This document shows positions 63,431-64,000 of a DNA stretch of 64,000 nucleotides, piece by piece. The notes under the pieces are model-generated. The model was not told where the DNA came from, made no database searches, and worked only from the letters and a program-made list of their open reading frames with translations. Both the position numbers and the translations under genes were made by a program. Positions within the stretch are counted from its first letter, which is position 1, and each line of letters starts with the position of its first letter. The stretch is from positions 124,001-188,000 of IMG/VR virus record IMGVR_UViG_3300029893_000001, one strand, 5' to 3'.

Positions 63431-63796
63431 TCAGAATCCGCGCAATATTTCGCGAAGGAAGCCAAGCTTTATGTTCGACGAAGGTAATGCGGCCTGAAAT
63501 CGAGCCCGCGTTGCCGGCGACAAGAAGATACTCATTAACTTCGTGTTTGCAGCAACAATTGCCTGAGAAAAAGGCCCGCGACAACCAGAGCTGGAGAGAA
63601 GCGACACTACAGGAATATCCGAGCTACGAGGGGCTGTTAGGTACAGCCTACCGTCAGGGCTCACTCGAATAGTAAGGTTATTCCCGTCCGCTTCCACGTT
63701 CGCGCAAAGCGAGCGCGATGCAGTTGTTGTCACAACAGGTTCAACGAAGGCCTTTGGAGAGGCCTTGCGGACTCCCCCACGGCACCCACAACCCAT
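63431..63796 (-). CDS. hypothetical protein
   Basis: MGCGC start; GAGG RBS. Confidence 0.65.
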   Translation of the reverse strand: MGCGCRGGVRKASPKAFVEPVVTTTASRSLCANVEADGNNLTIRVSPDGRLYLTAPRSSDIPVVSLLSSSGCRGPFSQAIVAANTKLMSIFLSPATRARFQAALPSSNIKLGFLREILRGF

Positions 63797-63805
63797 ACTT
63801 ACCTC

Positions 63806-63997
63806 TCAATTTGAGTTGTAGACGAATTGCGTCAGCTCTCTATACTCTGGGTATTTACGGAGTAGCTGTGCCATTCGGACCATGGCCGTGATTTCTTCCT
63901 TAGGGAAGACCTTCTCAATTTCAGCATCAGTAAACCCGACGTCCCGCAGCATCGAAATGTACTCATCAGGATTTCCAATCGTGTACCACGTGTACAC
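63806..63997 (-). CDS. hypothetical protein (may extend beyond the window)
   Basis: ORF at the right edge. Confidence 0.55.
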   Translation of the reverse strand: MYTWYTIGNPDEYISMLRDVGFTDAEIEKVFPKEEITAMVRMAQLLRKYPEYRELTQFVYNSN

Positions 63998-64000
63998 GAT

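Noticed and set aside
1-64000. stop-codon reassignment; inteins or introns in polA and the topoisomerase genes
   Set aside because: Known genes are full length under the standard code and end at TAG, TGA and TAA. No suppressor tRNA and no intein-sized insertions were seen.

Overview
This is a 64-kb segment of a large (jumbo-type) myovirus genome. Genes are tightly packed, all but one small gene lie on the minus strand, and the standard genetic code is used. The left arm (1-24 kb) is an accessory and translation-takeover region with 10 of the window's 13 tRNA genes (none of the 13 encodes CCA), a tmRNA, GroES, a DnaJ-domain protein, peptide deformylase, two RNA ligases, an RlaP-like nucleotidyltransferase, macro and DHH domains, and several HNH/LAGLIDADG endonucleases. 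The middle (24-35 kb) carries an SbcC/Rad50 ATPase, DnaX, a candidate phage sigma factor and a MoxR/vWA pair. The 35-52 kb stretch is a contractile-tail module: tape measure, frameshifted tail chaperone, tube and sheath. The right end has a dNMP kinase, type IIA topoisomerase A and B subunits, and a UDG-fused family A DNA polymerase. The most striking signal is non-coding. (i) A coiled-coil protein gene (4779-5519) is followed by a separately promoted ~380-nt RNA made of two circularly permuted tRNA-mimic domains, hexamer repeats and a 22-bp arm tipped with anti-Shine-Dalgarno-like CCUCC motifs. (ii) A cluster of 3-4 Y-RNA-like genes shares a Ro60-binding-type stem but carries different payload domains, among several other orphan structured RNAs. 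(iii) A 10-copy 16-bp phage promoter-like motif, GAACCCTNNYGATAST, occurs across the window. All calls were made by eye; no searches were run.
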